Below are positions 40,159 to 51,918 of a DNA stretch of 64,000 bases, piece by piece. The position numbers and the translations under genes were made by a program. Origin of the DNA: Myxococcota bacterium (lineage in GTDB: Bacteria > Myxococcota_A > Polyangia > Polyangiales > Sandaracinaceae); the NCBI GenBank assembly GCA_036149055.1, contig JAYZQJ010000038.1:1-64000 (forward strand), written 5' to 3'. Position 1 is the first letter of the stretch, and every line of letters starts with the position of its first letter. The notes under the pieces were generated by a model. It worked only from the letters and a program-made list of their open reading frames with translations. It did no database searches and had not been told where the DNA came from.

Positions 40159-40494
40159 TCAGCGCACGACGAGCGCGCCGCGATACATGCCCATCCCGCA
40201 GGTGAACGCCACACGGTCCCGGTCGCCCACGTCGAGCGTCACCGCGACCCGCTCCCCGACGGGCAGCTCGCGGCGGATGTCGTGGCTCGGGATCACGAGC
40301 GTGCCCCCGCAGCCGCGCTCGCTCGTGCGCGTGAAGACGAGCGTGATCCTCTCGCCGCGCTCGACCTCCACGGACCCGGGGTGATATCCGCGCTCGTCGA
40401 CCGTGATCTCGAAGCGGCGCGGGGGATCGGCGAGCGTCACGCTGGTGATGAGGGAGAGAGTCAGCGAGAGGAGGACCGACGAGAGGATGCGCAT
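40159..40494 (-). CDS. Secreted cupredoxin-domain protein
   Basis: Signal peptide, GYHPGSVEV, GCG and FTCGMGMYRG. Confidence 0.85.
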   Translation of the reverse strand: MRILSSVLLSLTLSLITSVTLADPPRRFEITVDERGYHPGSVEVERGERITLVFTRTSERGCGGTLVIPSHDIRRELPVGERVAVTLDVGDRDRVAFTCGMGMYRGALVVR

Positions 40495-40545
40495 GCACGC
40501 ATCCTGGGGCGCCGACGGCCGCATCGCAATGTCGTCCCGCCGCGG

Positions 40546-40884
40546 TCAGCCCCTCGAGGAGGGCGCGCAGACGTCGGAGCGGATGAGGAAGCGGACGCCG
40601 CGCGGCGCCTCGAGGGAGAAGCCGGCCCCGCGGCCGGGCACCACGTCGAGGGTCAGCTCGGTGTGCTTCCAGAGCTCGTACTGGTCGCCGCCCATGTAGA
40701 ACGGGCAGCCCTCGATCTCGCCGAGCTCCACGTCGCGCGCGCCGAGCTTCAGCTCCCCGCGCGGGTAACACATCGGTGCGCTCCCATCGCAGCACCCGCC
40801 GGACTGGTGGAACATCAAGGGCCCGTGCTCCTCGATGAGCGAGCGGATCAACGCGCGAGCCTCGTCGGTAGCGTGAACGGCCAT
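40546..40884 (-). CDS. DUF779 family protein
   Basis: FHQSGGCCDGSAPMCY and GRGAGFSLEAP; typical partner of aldehyde dehydrogenases. Confidence 0.92.
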   Translation of the reverse strand: MAVHATDEARALIRSLIEEHGPLMFHQSGGCCDGSAPMCYPRGELKLGARDVELGEIEGCPFYMGGDQYELWKHTELTLDVVPGRGAGFSLEAPRGVRFLIRSDVCAPSSRG

Positions 40885-40957
40885 GTCGACTCCTGGAGAG
40901 CGGTGGGCGGAGACGCGAGGGCAGGGGCGGAGAGGGACCGCCCCTGCCCAGGTGAGC

Positions 40958-42478
<1,521 letters not shown>

Positions 42479-42509
42479 GTTCGACCTCCTCGGGTTCGAC
42501 CCGCCCTGG

Positions 42510-42525
42510 TGCAGCCGCCGTTCCA
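42510..42525 (-). promoter_or_regulatory. Probable sigma54 promoter for the aldehyde dehydrogenase operon
   Basis: Minus strand TGGAAC-GGCGG-CTGCA (GG-N10-GC), ~31 nt upstream of the start and divergent from a bEBP. Confidence 0.65.
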
Positions 42526-42656
42526 GCCCCGAAACGGCGCGGCGCGGCCGGCTCGCGGCCCGAGAAGTGGAGCGAATCGAAACACCCGGTGGCGCGAGGC
42601 GCGCCAGATCCGTGTCCGGCTTGTGATCATCGCGTTTCGGCTGCACCGTGAATTCG

Positions 42657-44600
42657 ATGGGGATGGCCGACGCGCTCGTGCTCGACGACGTCCCGGAGGG
42701 CGTCTGGCGCGCGTTCCAGGAAGACGACCTGCGTCGACACACCGCGGCCTGGGCCCACGACGCACATCTGGCGCGGTGGCGACGGTCTCGCGCCCTCGGC
42801 GCCTCGTCGGACGGGGCGCCGGTCGACGACGCGCTCGTGCGCGGCGAAGACCTGAAGCTCCGGGCCGAGCACGTGGAGATGCTCGACGTCCTCGGCGCCT
42901 CCGCGCTCGCCCGGGCCACCGCGCAGGTGTCCGCCCACGACTTCGTCCTGCTCCTGGCCGACGCGGACGGGGTCGTGGTCCGCAGCGCGGGCGGCGGCGA
43001 CTTCCGCACCGAGGCCGAGCGCGTCCGGCTGATCGAGGGCGCGAGCTGGGGGGAGCCGGTCCGGGGCACGAACGCGATCGGGACCGCCGCGTCCGAGGGC
43101 CGCCCGACCATCGTGCTCGGCCGCGCGCACTACGGCCGGAGCTATCACCGCCTCGCCTGTTACGCGGCGCCGGTGCTCGACCCGAGCGGTCGGGTCGCGG
43201 CGGTGCTCGACGCGACGTCGACGATCGAGCACGCCACGCCGCAGGTCGGTGACGCGGTCTTCGCCGCGGCCGGCGCGCTCACCGAGCTGCTCCGCCTCGA
43301 GGCCTACGCGAGCGCGGGCGGCGCCATGCTCCGGGTGCTGTCCCGGGCCCTCGACCGGAGCGACGCGCCGGCGATGCTCGTGGAGCCGCCGGGCCGCATC
43401 ACGCGCATGAACGCGAGCGCGCGGACCCTGCTCTCGGGCGCCCCGGCCGGCGGCCAGGCGCGGGCGCTGATCGGGCTGGACTGGGCGACGCTCGAGGCGG
43501 AGGCGTTCACGCCGACCGCGGGCGGCCGGCCGATCGGCCCCGATCTCCGCGCGCACGTGGAGCCGCTGGTCGGCGCCTCCGGCGCGCCGCTCGCGCTGAT
43601 CGTGCACCTCGAGCCGCGCTCCCGTTCGACGCCGCGCCCGGCGCCGCCCCGGCCCCCGCAGCGGCGCGCGTCGGTGCCCTTCGCCGAGATCGTCTGCGAG
43701 GACCCGACGCTGACCGACGCGATCGAGTGGGCCCGGCTCGTCGCGGCGAGCGAGCTCCCGGTGATGCTCCTGGCCGAGACCGGCGCCGGCAAGGAGCTGT
43801 TCGCCAAGGCCATTCACGCCGCGAGCCCGCGCGCCGCCGGCCCCTTCGTCGCGGTGAACTGTGGCGCCATCGCTCCCTCTCTGCTCGAGAGCGAGCTCTT
43901 CGGCTACGCGCCCGGCGCGTTCACCGGCGCGGACAAGCGCGGGCGCCCCGGGCTCTTCCACGCGGCGAGCGGCGGCACGCTCTTCCTCGACGAGGTGGCG
44001 GAGATGCCGCTCGCCATGCAGGCCGCCTTGCTCCGCGTGCTCGAGTCCGGCCGCTACCAGCGGGTGGGCGACACCCGCCCCGAGGAGAGCGACGTGCGGG
44101 TGGTCTGCGCCACCTGTCGCGACCTCGAGGGCGCCATCGAGGCGGGCACGTTCCGGCGCGACCTCTACTACCGCCTCAAGGGCGCGGCCCTCCGCATCCC
44201 GGCGCTGCGCGATCGCGAGGACGTGATCCCCCTCGCCCGCGCGCTCCTCGCCCAGCGCGCCGCGCGGCTCGGGCTCCCCGCGCCGACCCTCTCCAGCGAC
44301 GCCGAGCGCGCGATCGCCGCCCACGACTGGCCGGGCAACGTGCGCGAGCTGATCTCCACCCTCGACGTCGCCCTCGTCGCCGCGCGCGGCGCGCCCGAGC
44401 TCGACGCCTCACACCTCCCCATCGACCCGCCCGAGCGCCCGGAGCCGCCCCGCGGAGGCCTGCTGCGCGCCGAAGCCGAGGCGCTCCGCGCGGCCCTCGC
44501 CAAGTACCGAGGCAACGTCAGCGCCGCCGCCCGCGAGCTCGGCATCGCGCGAAGCACCCTCTACCGCCTCGCCCGTCGCGCGGGCGTCTCGATTCGCTAG
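42657..44600 (+). CDS. AcoR-like sigma54-dependent activator (GAF-PAS-AAA+-HTH)
   Basis: [11 protein letters not shown] motif, [21 protein letters not shown] and C-terminal [10 protein letters not shown]. Confidence 0.93.
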   Translation: MGMADALVLDDVPEGVWRAFQEDDLRRHTAAWAHDAHLARWRRSRALGASSDGAPVDDALVRGEDLKLRAEHVEMLDVLGASALARATAQVSAHDFVLLLADADGVVVRSAGGGDFRTEAERVRLIEGASWGEPVRGTNAIGTAASEGRPTIVLGRAHYGRSYHRLACYAAPVLDPSGRVAAVLDATSTIEHATPQVGDAVFAAAGALTELLRLEAYASAGGAMLRVLSRALDRSDAPAMLVEPPGRITRMNASARTLLSGAPAGGQARALIGLDWATLEAEAFTPTAGGRPIGPDLRAHVEPLVGASGAPLALIVHLEPRSRSTPRPAPPRPPQRRASVPFAEIVCEDPTLTDAIEWARLVAASELPVMLLAETGAGKELFAKAIHAASPRAAGPFVAVNCGAIAPSLLESELFGYAPGAFTGADKRGRPGLFHAASGGTLFLDEVAEMPLAMQAALLRVLESGRYQRVGDTRPEESDVRVVCATCRDLEGAIEAGTFRRDLYYRLKGAALRIPALRDREDVIPLARALLAQRAARLGLPAPTLSSDAERAIAAHDWPGNVRELISTLDVALVAARGAPELDASHLPIDPPERPEPPRGGLLRAEAEALRAALAKYRGNVSAAARELGIARSTLYRLARRAGVSIR

Positions 44601-44629
44601 CCTCCCTCCCTCACGTGAGGTCGAGGGGG

Positions 44630-45070
44630 GCAACCGATCTCACGCAAAGACGCCAAAGCGCCGAGTGGCCGCGGGATGGCGCATGGCCGGGTCTCGGCGG
44701 ACTGCCCTCTTCTCGGGGGACGCTTCGGTGGCTTTTTTGGCTCTCGCAAGGCGCCAAGCCGCCAAGGGGTTGGGTGGCCGCGGGATGGTGGATGGCCAGA
44801 TCGTGCCTTCTTCGTGTGAAGAACGAGGGGCAACTAATTTCACGTAAAGGCGCGAGAGGCCGAGCTCGGAAGGCAATTGGTTTCTCGCAGAGTCGCAGAG
44901 GCGCAGAGGGAGGTAGGTGGCCGCGGGGTGGCGGATGGCCAGGTCGTGCCTGCTGCTGGCCACCTCGAAGGTGTGCCTCCCTCGTGTGAAGAACGAGGGG
45001 CAACTAATTTCACGCAAAGACGCAAAGACGCAAAGGGGCGGGAGGCCGCGGGCTGGCGGATGGCCGGGGC
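44630..45070 (+). repeat. Left half of an intergenic repeat field (units with an 8-nt triple repeat such as CGCAAAGA, forward orientation)
   Basis: Related cores at ~44641, 44743, 44841, 44884 and 45011; exact direct repeat TCGTGTGAAGAACGAGGGGCAACTAATTTCACG at 44812 and 44982. Confidence 0.8.
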
Positions 45071-45169
45071 CTGGCGGCCTGGCCGCTCCTGGGCGGCTGC
45101 CCCTTCTCCGCTTCTCCGAGTCGGCTTCTCGGGAGAGGAGCTGGGAAGGTAACCCCTCCGGTCAACCCG

Positions 45170-45970
45170 CCATCGGGCACCCGCACGCCCCACCTCTGCG
45201 TCTCTGCGCCTCTGCGTGAGACAAAATCGAGGAAAGGCAGATTCGTCGAACGAGCAGTAGGCCGGGCGGCGGCGAGCCTCCATCCCGGTGCCCGCCAGGC
45301 CCTTTGCGGCTTCGCGGCTTGGCGAGAGTCAACCCGAGCCAGATGCAGACTCGTCGAAGAGGCAGCCTGCCGAGCGTCGGCGAGCCGCCATCCCGCGGCC
45401 AGCTCACCCCTCTGCGCCTCTGCGCCTCTGCGTGAGACAAACTCGAAGAAAGGCAGATTCGTCGAACGAGCAGTAGGCCGAGGTGGCGAGCCTCCATCCC
45501 GGTGCCCGCCAAGCCCTTTGCGGCTTCGCGGCTTGGCGAGAGCCAACCCGAGCCAGACGCAGACTCGTCGAAGAAGCAGTAGGCCGAGCGGTGGCGAGCC
45601 TCCATCCCGGTGCCCGCCAGGCCCTTTGCGGCTTCGCGGCTTGGCGAGAGCCAACACGAGCCAGACGCAGACTCGTCGAAGAAGCAGTAGGCCGAACGGC
45701 GGCGAGCCTCCATCCCGGTGCCCGCCAAGCCCTTTGCGTCTTTGCGTCTTTGCGTGACACCCACTCGAATCCACGCAGATTCGTCGAAGAGTCAGCCTGC
45801 CGAGCGTCGGCGATCCGCCATCCCGCGGCCAGCTCACCCCTCTGCGCCTCTGCGCCTCTGCGTGAGACAAACTCGAAGAAAAGGCAGATTCGTCGAACGA
45901 GCAGTAGGCCGAGCGGTGGCGAGCCTCCAACCCGCCGCCCGCCAGGCCCTCGGCGGCTTGGCGAGAGCCA
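45170..45970 (-). repeat. Tandem array of about 7.5 x ~108-bp units, opposite in orientation to the left half
   Basis: Anchor GCAGA(T/C)TCGTCGAA at 45237, 45345, 45453, 45559, 45667, 45775 and 45884 (spacings 108, 108, 106, 108, 108, 109). Confidence 0.92.
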
Positions 45971-45979
45971 CTTCGAGGG

Positions 45980-47404
45980 TCAGAGGTCGGGCCAGAACCG
46001 AGTGGGGAGGCCGGTGGTCTGCATGAGGGCGGCGAGGTCCATGCTGATGGCCACGGTCACGTGGATCAGGAAGCCGCTCCAGATGCTGCGGGTGCGGAGG
46101 GCGAGGGTGCCGAGCACCACGCCGGCGAGGATGGCCGCGATCGTCTCGGGGAACGGCTTGCCGAAGTGGATCATGCAGTAGGGCACGACCATCGCGAAGA
46201 TCGCGTGGCTGCCCATCATCGACTTGGACGCCTTCACCCAGAAGCCGCGGAAGAAGAACTCCAGGGAGAAGAATTGCACCGCGTACAGCGCCTCCCAGGC
46301 CCAGAAGTCGTACCAGCTCCGCGCCGACGCCTTGTAGAAGGGGTAGTAGAGCTTGAAGCTGTCCTCGAACGAGACGCCGACGACGGCGACGAGCACCGGG
46401 ATGAGCAGGACGCCGTAGATCCAGGCGTGCGACGCGAAGCCGCGGACCTGGAGGCCGTGGTCGGCGATGCGCTCGCCGAGGAGCTTCAGCACCAGGGCGG
46501 GCAGGAGGAAGAAGCCGAGCAGGCGCCAGCCCGACCACCACATGAACGACATCAGCCGGCCGAAGGGGCCCTCGTGGATCTCGAGCGCGCGCGCCCAGAA
46601 GGGCGTGGCCTCCTCGCCCGGCGGGTTCATCGCCGTCACCAGGTCGCGCAGGTCCGGGTGATGGCCGAAGTACTCCATCAGCGACAGGAAGACCGCGCCG
46701 AGGCAGAAGACCGCGAGGGGCCGCCAGTCGTACTCGCCGCGCTCGCGGCGCGCCTCCTTCTCCTTCACCGCCTCCCGGTCGAGCTCCACCCACGACTCGT
46801 AGAGGAACATCGCCAGCGGCACGCGCTGCCAGAGCCGAGGGACGAAGACGGCGCCGACGGCGAGGGGGATCTGGAGCGGGTTGATCAGCGCGAGCTTCTC
46901 TCCGAGCGTCGGCGGATCCGGGACCGCGAAGTCGGGCTCGCTCGGCGCGGCGCGGTCGAGGTGATCGAGCAGGGTGAGGAGCCCGCTGACGATGAGCGCG
47001 ACCGCGGCGAAGGGGCCGTAGGGGTGGGCGGCCACGATCTCGCGGAACGTCTCCACCTCGACGAGCGCGGGGTAGAGGAGGCCGGTCGCGCCGGCCGCGA
47101 TCAGCGCCACGCCGAGGGGGAGGCTCCAGGGATCGCTCGGGACCCCGGCGCCGGTCCGTCGGGCGTCCGCGTCCCGGCGGAAGCGGGCCACCATGCGCAG
47201 GCCGGTCGCCGCGACCATCACCGCCGCGCCGATCAGCCCGAGCAGGGCCCCCTGCATGATCACGACCGCGGCCGCGCCGGCGGCGAACAGCAGCCAGGAC
47301 GCGCGGATCGCGCCGCCGACCCAGGCCGGGACCGGGCTGGCCGTGCGCTCCTCCGCGGACGGCTCCGTCGGTGGGCCAGGCCGCTTCTTTCGCCGCCGCG
47401 CCAT
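45980..47404 (-). CDS. CPBP (Abi/CAAX) family intramembrane glutamic protease with a long N-terminal TM extension
   Basis: SLEFFFRG, YCMIHFGKP and RTRSIWSGFLIH motifs; many TM helices. Confidence 0.82.
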   Translation of the reverse strand: MARRRKKRPGPPTEPSAEERTASPVPAWVGGAIRASWLLFAAGAAAVVIMQGALLGLIGAAVMVAATGLRMVARFRRDADARRTGAGVPSDPWSLPLGVALIAAGATGLLYPALVEVETFREIVAAHPYGPFAAVALIVSGLLTLLDHLDRAAPSEPDFAVPDPPTLGEKLALINPLQIPLAVGAVFVPRLWQRVPLAMFLYESWVELDREAVKEKEARRERGEYDWRPLAVFCLGAVFLSLMEYFGHHPDLRDLVTAMNPPGEEATPFWARALEIHEGPFGRLMSFMWWSGWRLLGFFLLPALVLKLLGERIADHGLQVRGFASHAWIYGVLLIPVLVAVVGVSFEDSFKLYYPFYKASARSWYDFWAWEALYAVQFFSLEFFFRGFWVKASKSMMGSHAIFAMVVPYCMIHFGKPFPETIAAILAGVVLGTLALRTRSIWSGFLIHVTVAISMDLAALMQTTGLPTRFWPDL

Positions 47405-47412
47405 GTCGCGGC

Positions 47413-48858
47413 TCAGTCTTCGCTGGCTTCCATGGCCGCGACGCCCGCGTCGAGGCGGGCGAGGCAGCGCTCCTTGCCGAGCACCTCCATCACCTCGAAG
47501 AGGCCGGGGGTGGCGCTCCGGCCGCTGAGCGAGACCCGCACCGCCTGCGCGTAGTCCTTGAAGCCGAGCCCCTCGGCCTCCATCCACGCCTTCACCGCCG
47601 CCTCGAGGCTCGCGCGGTCGAAGCTCTCCTGGCCGGCCAGCAGCGCGCGCAGGCTCTTCACCGGCGCGGCGAACTTCGGCTTCAGGAACTTCTTCGTCGC
47701 CTTCCCGTCGGGCTGGGGCGTCTCGCGGAAGTAGTAGTCGATCATGTCGGCCACGTCGGCGAGGGTCTCGGCGCGCTGCCGGACCGTCTCGACCGCGGGG
47801 ACGAGGCGCGGATCGGCCGGGTCGATCTCGAGGCCGTTCTTCTTCGCGAAGGGCAGCGCCGCCTCGGCCAGCGCCTCGCCGGGCATCTGCCGGAGGTGAT
47901 GCGCCTGGACCGAGAGGAACTTCTTCTCGTCGTAGCGCGCGCCCTCCTTGCCGACCGAGCTCCAGTCGAACGCCTCGATCAGCTCCTCGCGGGTGAACAG
48001 CTCCTGGTCGCCGTGGCTCCAGCCGAGGCGCGCCAGGTAGTTCACCACCCCGTCGGGCACGAAGCCGCGCTCGCGGTAGATCTCGACCGAGCCCGCGTCG
48101 GCGCGCTTGCTCATCTTCTTGCCGCGCTCGTCCAGGATCATCGGCATGTGGGCGAACGCGGGCGGCTCCTGACCCATCGCCTGGTAGAGCAGGATCTGCA
48201 CCGGCGTGTTGATCATGTGGTCGTCGCCGCGGGCCACGAGGGTGATCCCCATCTCGAGGTCGTCGACGACGCAGCCGAAGTTGTAGAGCGGCACCCCGTC
48301 CGAGCGGAGGAGCACCTCGTCCTGCATCTCGGAGTGGGCGATCTCGATGCGGCCCTTCACCAGGTCGTCCCAGGCGGTGGCGCCGCCTTCGGGCACCTTG
48401 ATGCGGTAGACGAAGGGCTGATCCTCGGGCCAGTCGCTCGGCCCCTTGTCGCGCCACCAGCCCGGGTACTTGAAGCCCTGGCGGCCGTGCTCCTTCTCGA
48501 AGGCGGCCCGCGCCTCGGCGAGCTGCTCCTTGGTCGCGTAGCAGCGGTACGCGTGACCGCTCTCGACCAGGGCGTCGGCGTGCTTCCGGTAGAGGTCGAG
48601 GCGCTGGGTCTGGAAGTACGGCCCGTGATCGCCGCCCTTGCCCGGGCCCTCGTCCCAGTCGAGCCCGAGCCACTCCATCGCGTCGAAGATGGCCTGGACG
48701 CTCTCGTCGGTGCTGCGCTTGCGGTCGGTGTCCTCGATCCGGAGCACGAACGTGCCGCCGGTCTTCCTGGCCCAGAGCCAGTTGTAGAGCGCGGACCGCG
48801 CGCCGCCGATGTGGAGGTAGCCGGTGGGCGAAGGGGCGAACCGAAGGCGGGGCTTCAT
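47413..48858 (-). CDS. gltX: Glutamate--tRNA ligase
   Basis: RFAPSPTGYLHIGG, LRIEDTD, RGDDH and KMSKR. Confidence 0.97.
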   Translation of the reverse strand: MKPRLRFAPSPTGYLHIGGARSALYNWLWARKTGGTFVLRIEDTDRKRSTDESVQAIFDAMEWLGLDWDEGPGKGGDHGPYFQTQRLDLYRKHADALVESGHAYRCYATKEQLAEARAAFEKEHGRQGFKYPGWWRDKGPSDWPEDQPFVYRIKVPEGGATAWDDLVKGRIEIAHSEMQDEVLLRSDGVPLYNFGCVVDDLEMGITLVARGDDHMINTPVQILLYQAMGQEPPAFAHMPMILDERGKKMSKRADAGSVEIYRERGFVPDGVVNYLARLGWSHGDQELFTREELIEAFDWSSVGKEGARYDEKKFLSVQAHHLRQMPGEALAEAALPFAKKNGLEIDPADPRLVPAVETVRQRAETLADVADMIDYYFRETPQPDGKATKKFLKPKFAAPVKSLRALLAGQESFDRASLEAAVKAWMEAEGLGFKDYAQAVRVSLSGRSATPGLFEVMEVLGKERCLARLDAGVAAMEASED

Positions 48859-48954
48859 GGTCGCTCGCAAGTAGCAATCCGCGGCTTTCCCAGCAAGCGC
48901 GCGCTCGGGAGGGTTGACCCGGATCGCGGCGAACTCCAGGATGGCCGGCCCTCC

Positions 48955-50325
48955 ATGGCTCGAATCCAGGCTCACACCGCCGATCCCCAGGCCCTCGCCG
49001 CGAAGCTGAACCGCGGGGTTCGCAAGAAGCACGCGCGCCTCACCTACGAGGGGCGGGTGCCCTTCGGGGAGGCGCTCTCCATCGATCGCTGGCGGCTCGG
49101 CAACGGGCTGGCGATCCTGCTCCTCGAGGATCACGCGGCGCCCGTCGTCAGCTACCACACCTGGTATCGCGTGGGCTCCCGCTACGAGGAGGAGGGCAAG
49201 ACCGGCCTCGCCCACTTCTTCGAGCACATGATGTTCAACGAGACCTCGAACCTGCCCTGGGGCGAGTTCGACCGGAAGATGGAGGCCGCGGGGGGCGAGA
49301 CGAACGCCGCGACCTGGATCGACTGGACCTATTACTACGAGAGCCTCCCGCGCGAGGAGGTCGGCCTCGCGGTCGAGCTCGAGGCGGACCGCATGGCCAA
49401 CCTGGTCGTGCGCGAGAAGCAGGTCGAGTCGGAGCGCGAGGTCGTCGCCAACGAGCGGCGCATGGCGGTCGAGGACGACGTGCACGGCGCCGCCGACGAG
49501 CGGCTCCACGGCCTCGCCTACGGCCGGGAGCATCCCCACGGCTGGCCCACCATCGGCTGGATGGCCGACATCGAGGGCTACCGCGTGAAGGACTGCCGTC
49601 AGTTCTACGACACCTGGTACGCGCCCAACAACGCCACCGTGATCGTGGTCGGCGACGTCGACCCCGAGGATCTGCTGCCCCGGATCCAGGCCGAGTACGG
49701 GGCGCTGCGCCCGTCGAAGATCACCCCGCGGCCGGCCCCCGCGGCCACTCGGCAGCGCCGCGAGCGGCGGGCGGAGATGCGCTGGCCCACGCCCTCGGAG
49801 AAGCTCGCCCTGGCCTGGCACGCCGCGCCGCACGCCAGCTTCGACCACGCGGTCCTCGAGATCATCGACGAGCTCTGGACCGGCGGCCGCAGCGCCCGGC
49901 TCCGGCGACGGCTGGTCGACGAGATGGAGATCGTCGCCGAGCTGCGCGGCGGCGTCAGCGGCCTCCAGCACGGCGGGCTCTTCGATCTCTGGCTCTCGAT
50001 GCGCGAGGACGTGGCCGCCCAGCGGGCCCTCGACGTGATCGACGAGGAGGTCGCCCGGCTGATCACCGAGGAGGTGCCGGAGGCCGAGCTGAGCAAGGTG
50101 AAGGCGCGGACCGAGCTGTTCTTCCTCGGCGAGATCGAGACCACCAGCGGCAAGGCCTCGCAGATCGGCTTCGGAGAGACGGTGACCGGCGACCCCGCCC
50201 ACACCTTCGTGCGCCTCGAGGAGCTGCGCCGCGTGACCCAGGACGACGTCCGCCGCGTCGCCGCGAAGTACCTGAAGCCCGGCCGCCGCTCGATCGTGCA
50301 CGTGCGGCCGAAGGGAGAGGCATGA
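48955..50325 (+). CDS. M16 (pitrilysin) family peptidase, catalytic subunit
   Basis: GLAHFFEHMMF (HxxEH), NAAT..D.T.YY and YAPNNA. Confidence 0.92.
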   Translation: MARIQAHTADPQALAAKLNRGVRKKHARLTYEGRVPFGEALSIDRWRLGNGLAILLLEDHAAPVVSYHTWYRVGSRYEEEGKTGLAHFFEHMMFNETSNLPWGEFDRKMEAAGGETNAATWIDWTYYYESLPREEVGLAVELEADRMANLVVREKQVESEREVVANERRMAVEDDVHGAADERLHGLAYGREHPHGWPTIGWMADIEGYRVKDCRQFYDTWYAPNNATVIVVGDVDPEDLLPRIQAEYGALRPSKITPRPAPAATRQRRERRAEMRWPTPSEKLALAWHAAPHASFDHAVLEIIDELWTGGRSARLRRRLVDEMEIVAELRGGVSGLQHGGLFDLWLSMREDVAAQRALDVIDEEVARLITEEVPEAELSKVKARTELFFLGEIETTSGKASQIGFGETVTGDPAHTFVRLEELRRVTQDDVRRVAAKYLKPGRRSIVHVRPKGEA

Positions 50326-51644
50326 GCGCCCGCGTCCCCGGGCCGCGTTTTCACACCGCGGCCGGCATCCCCGTCTTCCTCGAGCCCTCCCACGCGCTGC
50401 CCCTGGTCGACGTCGAGGTGGTCTTCCGGGTGGGGGCCATCACCGATCCGGAGGGCCGCGAGGGCCTGACTCGGCTGGCGGCGCGGCTCGCCCGGCGCGG
50501 CCCCAAGGGCATGAGCGCCGAGCGCTTCGACGAGACGCTCGACGCCCTCGGCGCGACCCTCGGCATGAGCGTGTCGACCGAGTGGATCCGGGTGCACGGC
50601 TCGGTGATCCGCCGGAACCTCGAGCCCTACCTCGGCCTGCTCGGGCGGATCCTCCGGGAGCCCGGCATGCGCGCCGCCGACTTCGCCCGGCTCCGGCGCA
50701 AGACCGAGGCGGAGCTCGTGCAGCTGCGCGATCACGATCGCCCGCTCGCGGCCCGGGCCTTCCGGGGCCAGCTCTTCGGGTCTCACCCCTATGGCCGCCC
50801 GGTCAGCGGCACGCTCGAGACGGTATCGGAGATGAAGCTGGCCGAGGTGAAGGCGCACTTCGCCAGCCTCGCGGTGAGCGGCAACCTGATCGTCGGGCTC
50901 GCCGGCGACGTGACCGAGGAGACGGTGCGCGACGCGATCGAGGGCGCGCTCGCCGGGCTCCCGGAGGCGAAGGCCTCGCGCGCCCGGGCCCCGAAGCCCC
51001 GCGCCAAGCGCGGGCGGCGCGTCCTGCTCGTCGACAAGCCCGATCGGACGCAGACCCAGCTCTTCGTGGGCGGCCTCGGGCTGGCGATGGGCGACCCCGA
51101 CTTCTGGCCGCTGCTCGTCGCGAACACCGCCTTCGGCGGCACCTTCACCTCGCGCCTCGTGCACGAGGTGCGGAGCGAGCGCGGGTGGAGCTATGGCGCC
51201 GGCAGCAAGGTCGGCGTCGATCGGCAGCCGGACACCTTCTACCTGTGGACGCACCCCGGGGCGGAGCAGGCGGTCGACTGCCTGGCCCTCGAGCTCGAGC
51301 TGCTCGACGGCTGGGTCCAGAAGGGTCTGACCGCCGACGAGGTCCGCCGGTCCAAGCAGTACCTGAAGAAGAGCCACGCCTTCGACCTCGAGACGGCGGC
51401 CAAGCGCCTCGACCCCCAGATCGACACGGAGCTCTTCGGTCTCGATCCCACCTGGCTCGCCGGCTACCTGCGTCACGTCGCCGGGGTCAGCCGCGCGTCG
51501 GCCAACGACGCCACGCGCCGCCGCATCCCGAGCGACGACTTGTCGATCACCCTGCTCGCGACGGCCGACACCCGGCTGGTCTCGGCCCTCGAGGGGCTGC
51601 CCGGGGTCCGCCAGGTCGACGTGGTGTCACACGAAACCGTGTGA
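50322..51644 (+). CDS. M16 family peptidase, non-catalytic partner subunit
   Basis: ATGA overlap; HPYGRP and FTSRL..EVRSERGWSYG; lacks HxxEH. Confidence 0.9.
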   Translation: MSARVPGPRFHTAAGIPVFLEPSHALPLVDVEVVFRVGAITDPEGREGLTRLAARLARRGPKGMSAERFDETLDALGATLGMSVSTEWIRVHGSVIRRNLEPYLGLLGRILREPGMRAADFARLRRKTEAELVQLRDHDRPLAARAFRGQLFGSHPYGRPVSGTLETVSEMKLAEVKAHFASLAVSGNLIVGLAGDVTEETVRDAIEGALAGLPEAKASRARAPKPRAKRGRRVLLVDKPDRTQTQLFVGGLGLAMGDPDFWPLLVANTAFGGTFTSRLVHEVRSERGWSYGAGSKVGVDRQPDTFYLWTHPGAEQAVDCLALELELLDGWVQKGLTADEVRRSKQYLKKSHAFDLETAAKRLDPQIDTELFGLDPTWLAGYLRHVAGVSRASANDATRRRIPSDDLSITLLATADTRLVSALEGLPGVRQVDVVSHETV

Positions 51645-51902
51645 GCTGGCGCACGAATGTCTGCCGGCATTCGTGCGTTGGCGGCCTACGTACGTCCGCC
51701 GATCTCGCCGTCAAGGTTCTTACGGCTTCCCCCGGCGCAACAGCGCCCAAAGCCTCGGAATCACTGGCCTATGGCGAGCCTCGGGCGGTTCGGGCGGATC
51801 GCCGTGTGACAGCCTGTCGCGCGCGTCCAGCGATCCCTCGCCTGTAGAAGCGGATGGCGAAAGCCGTCTGATTCCGGTGTGTTGACGCGATCGCGGAGGC
51901 TC

Positions 51903-51918
51903 TGGCACATGCGTTGCC
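51903..51918 (+). promoter_or_regulatory. Sigma54 -24/-12 consensus upstream of the barrel/metalloprotease locus
   Basis: TGGCAC-ATGCG-TTGCC, ~240 nt upstream of GTG 52160. Confidence 0.6.

Noticed and set aside
28453..40545. Copper gene cluster as a mobile genomic island
   Set aside because: No integrase, transposase, tRNA or flanking direct repeats seen, and no obvious GC shift
45010..45930. Minus-strand ORFs with 36-aa repeats across the 108-bp array
   Set aside because: The 106- and 109-bp units shift the frame, codon usage is atypical and several frames are equally open; better explained as non-coding repeats
45170..45970. 108-bp array as CRISPR
   Set aside because: Units are similar along most of their length and the variable segments recur; no repeat/unique-spacer structure and no cas genes
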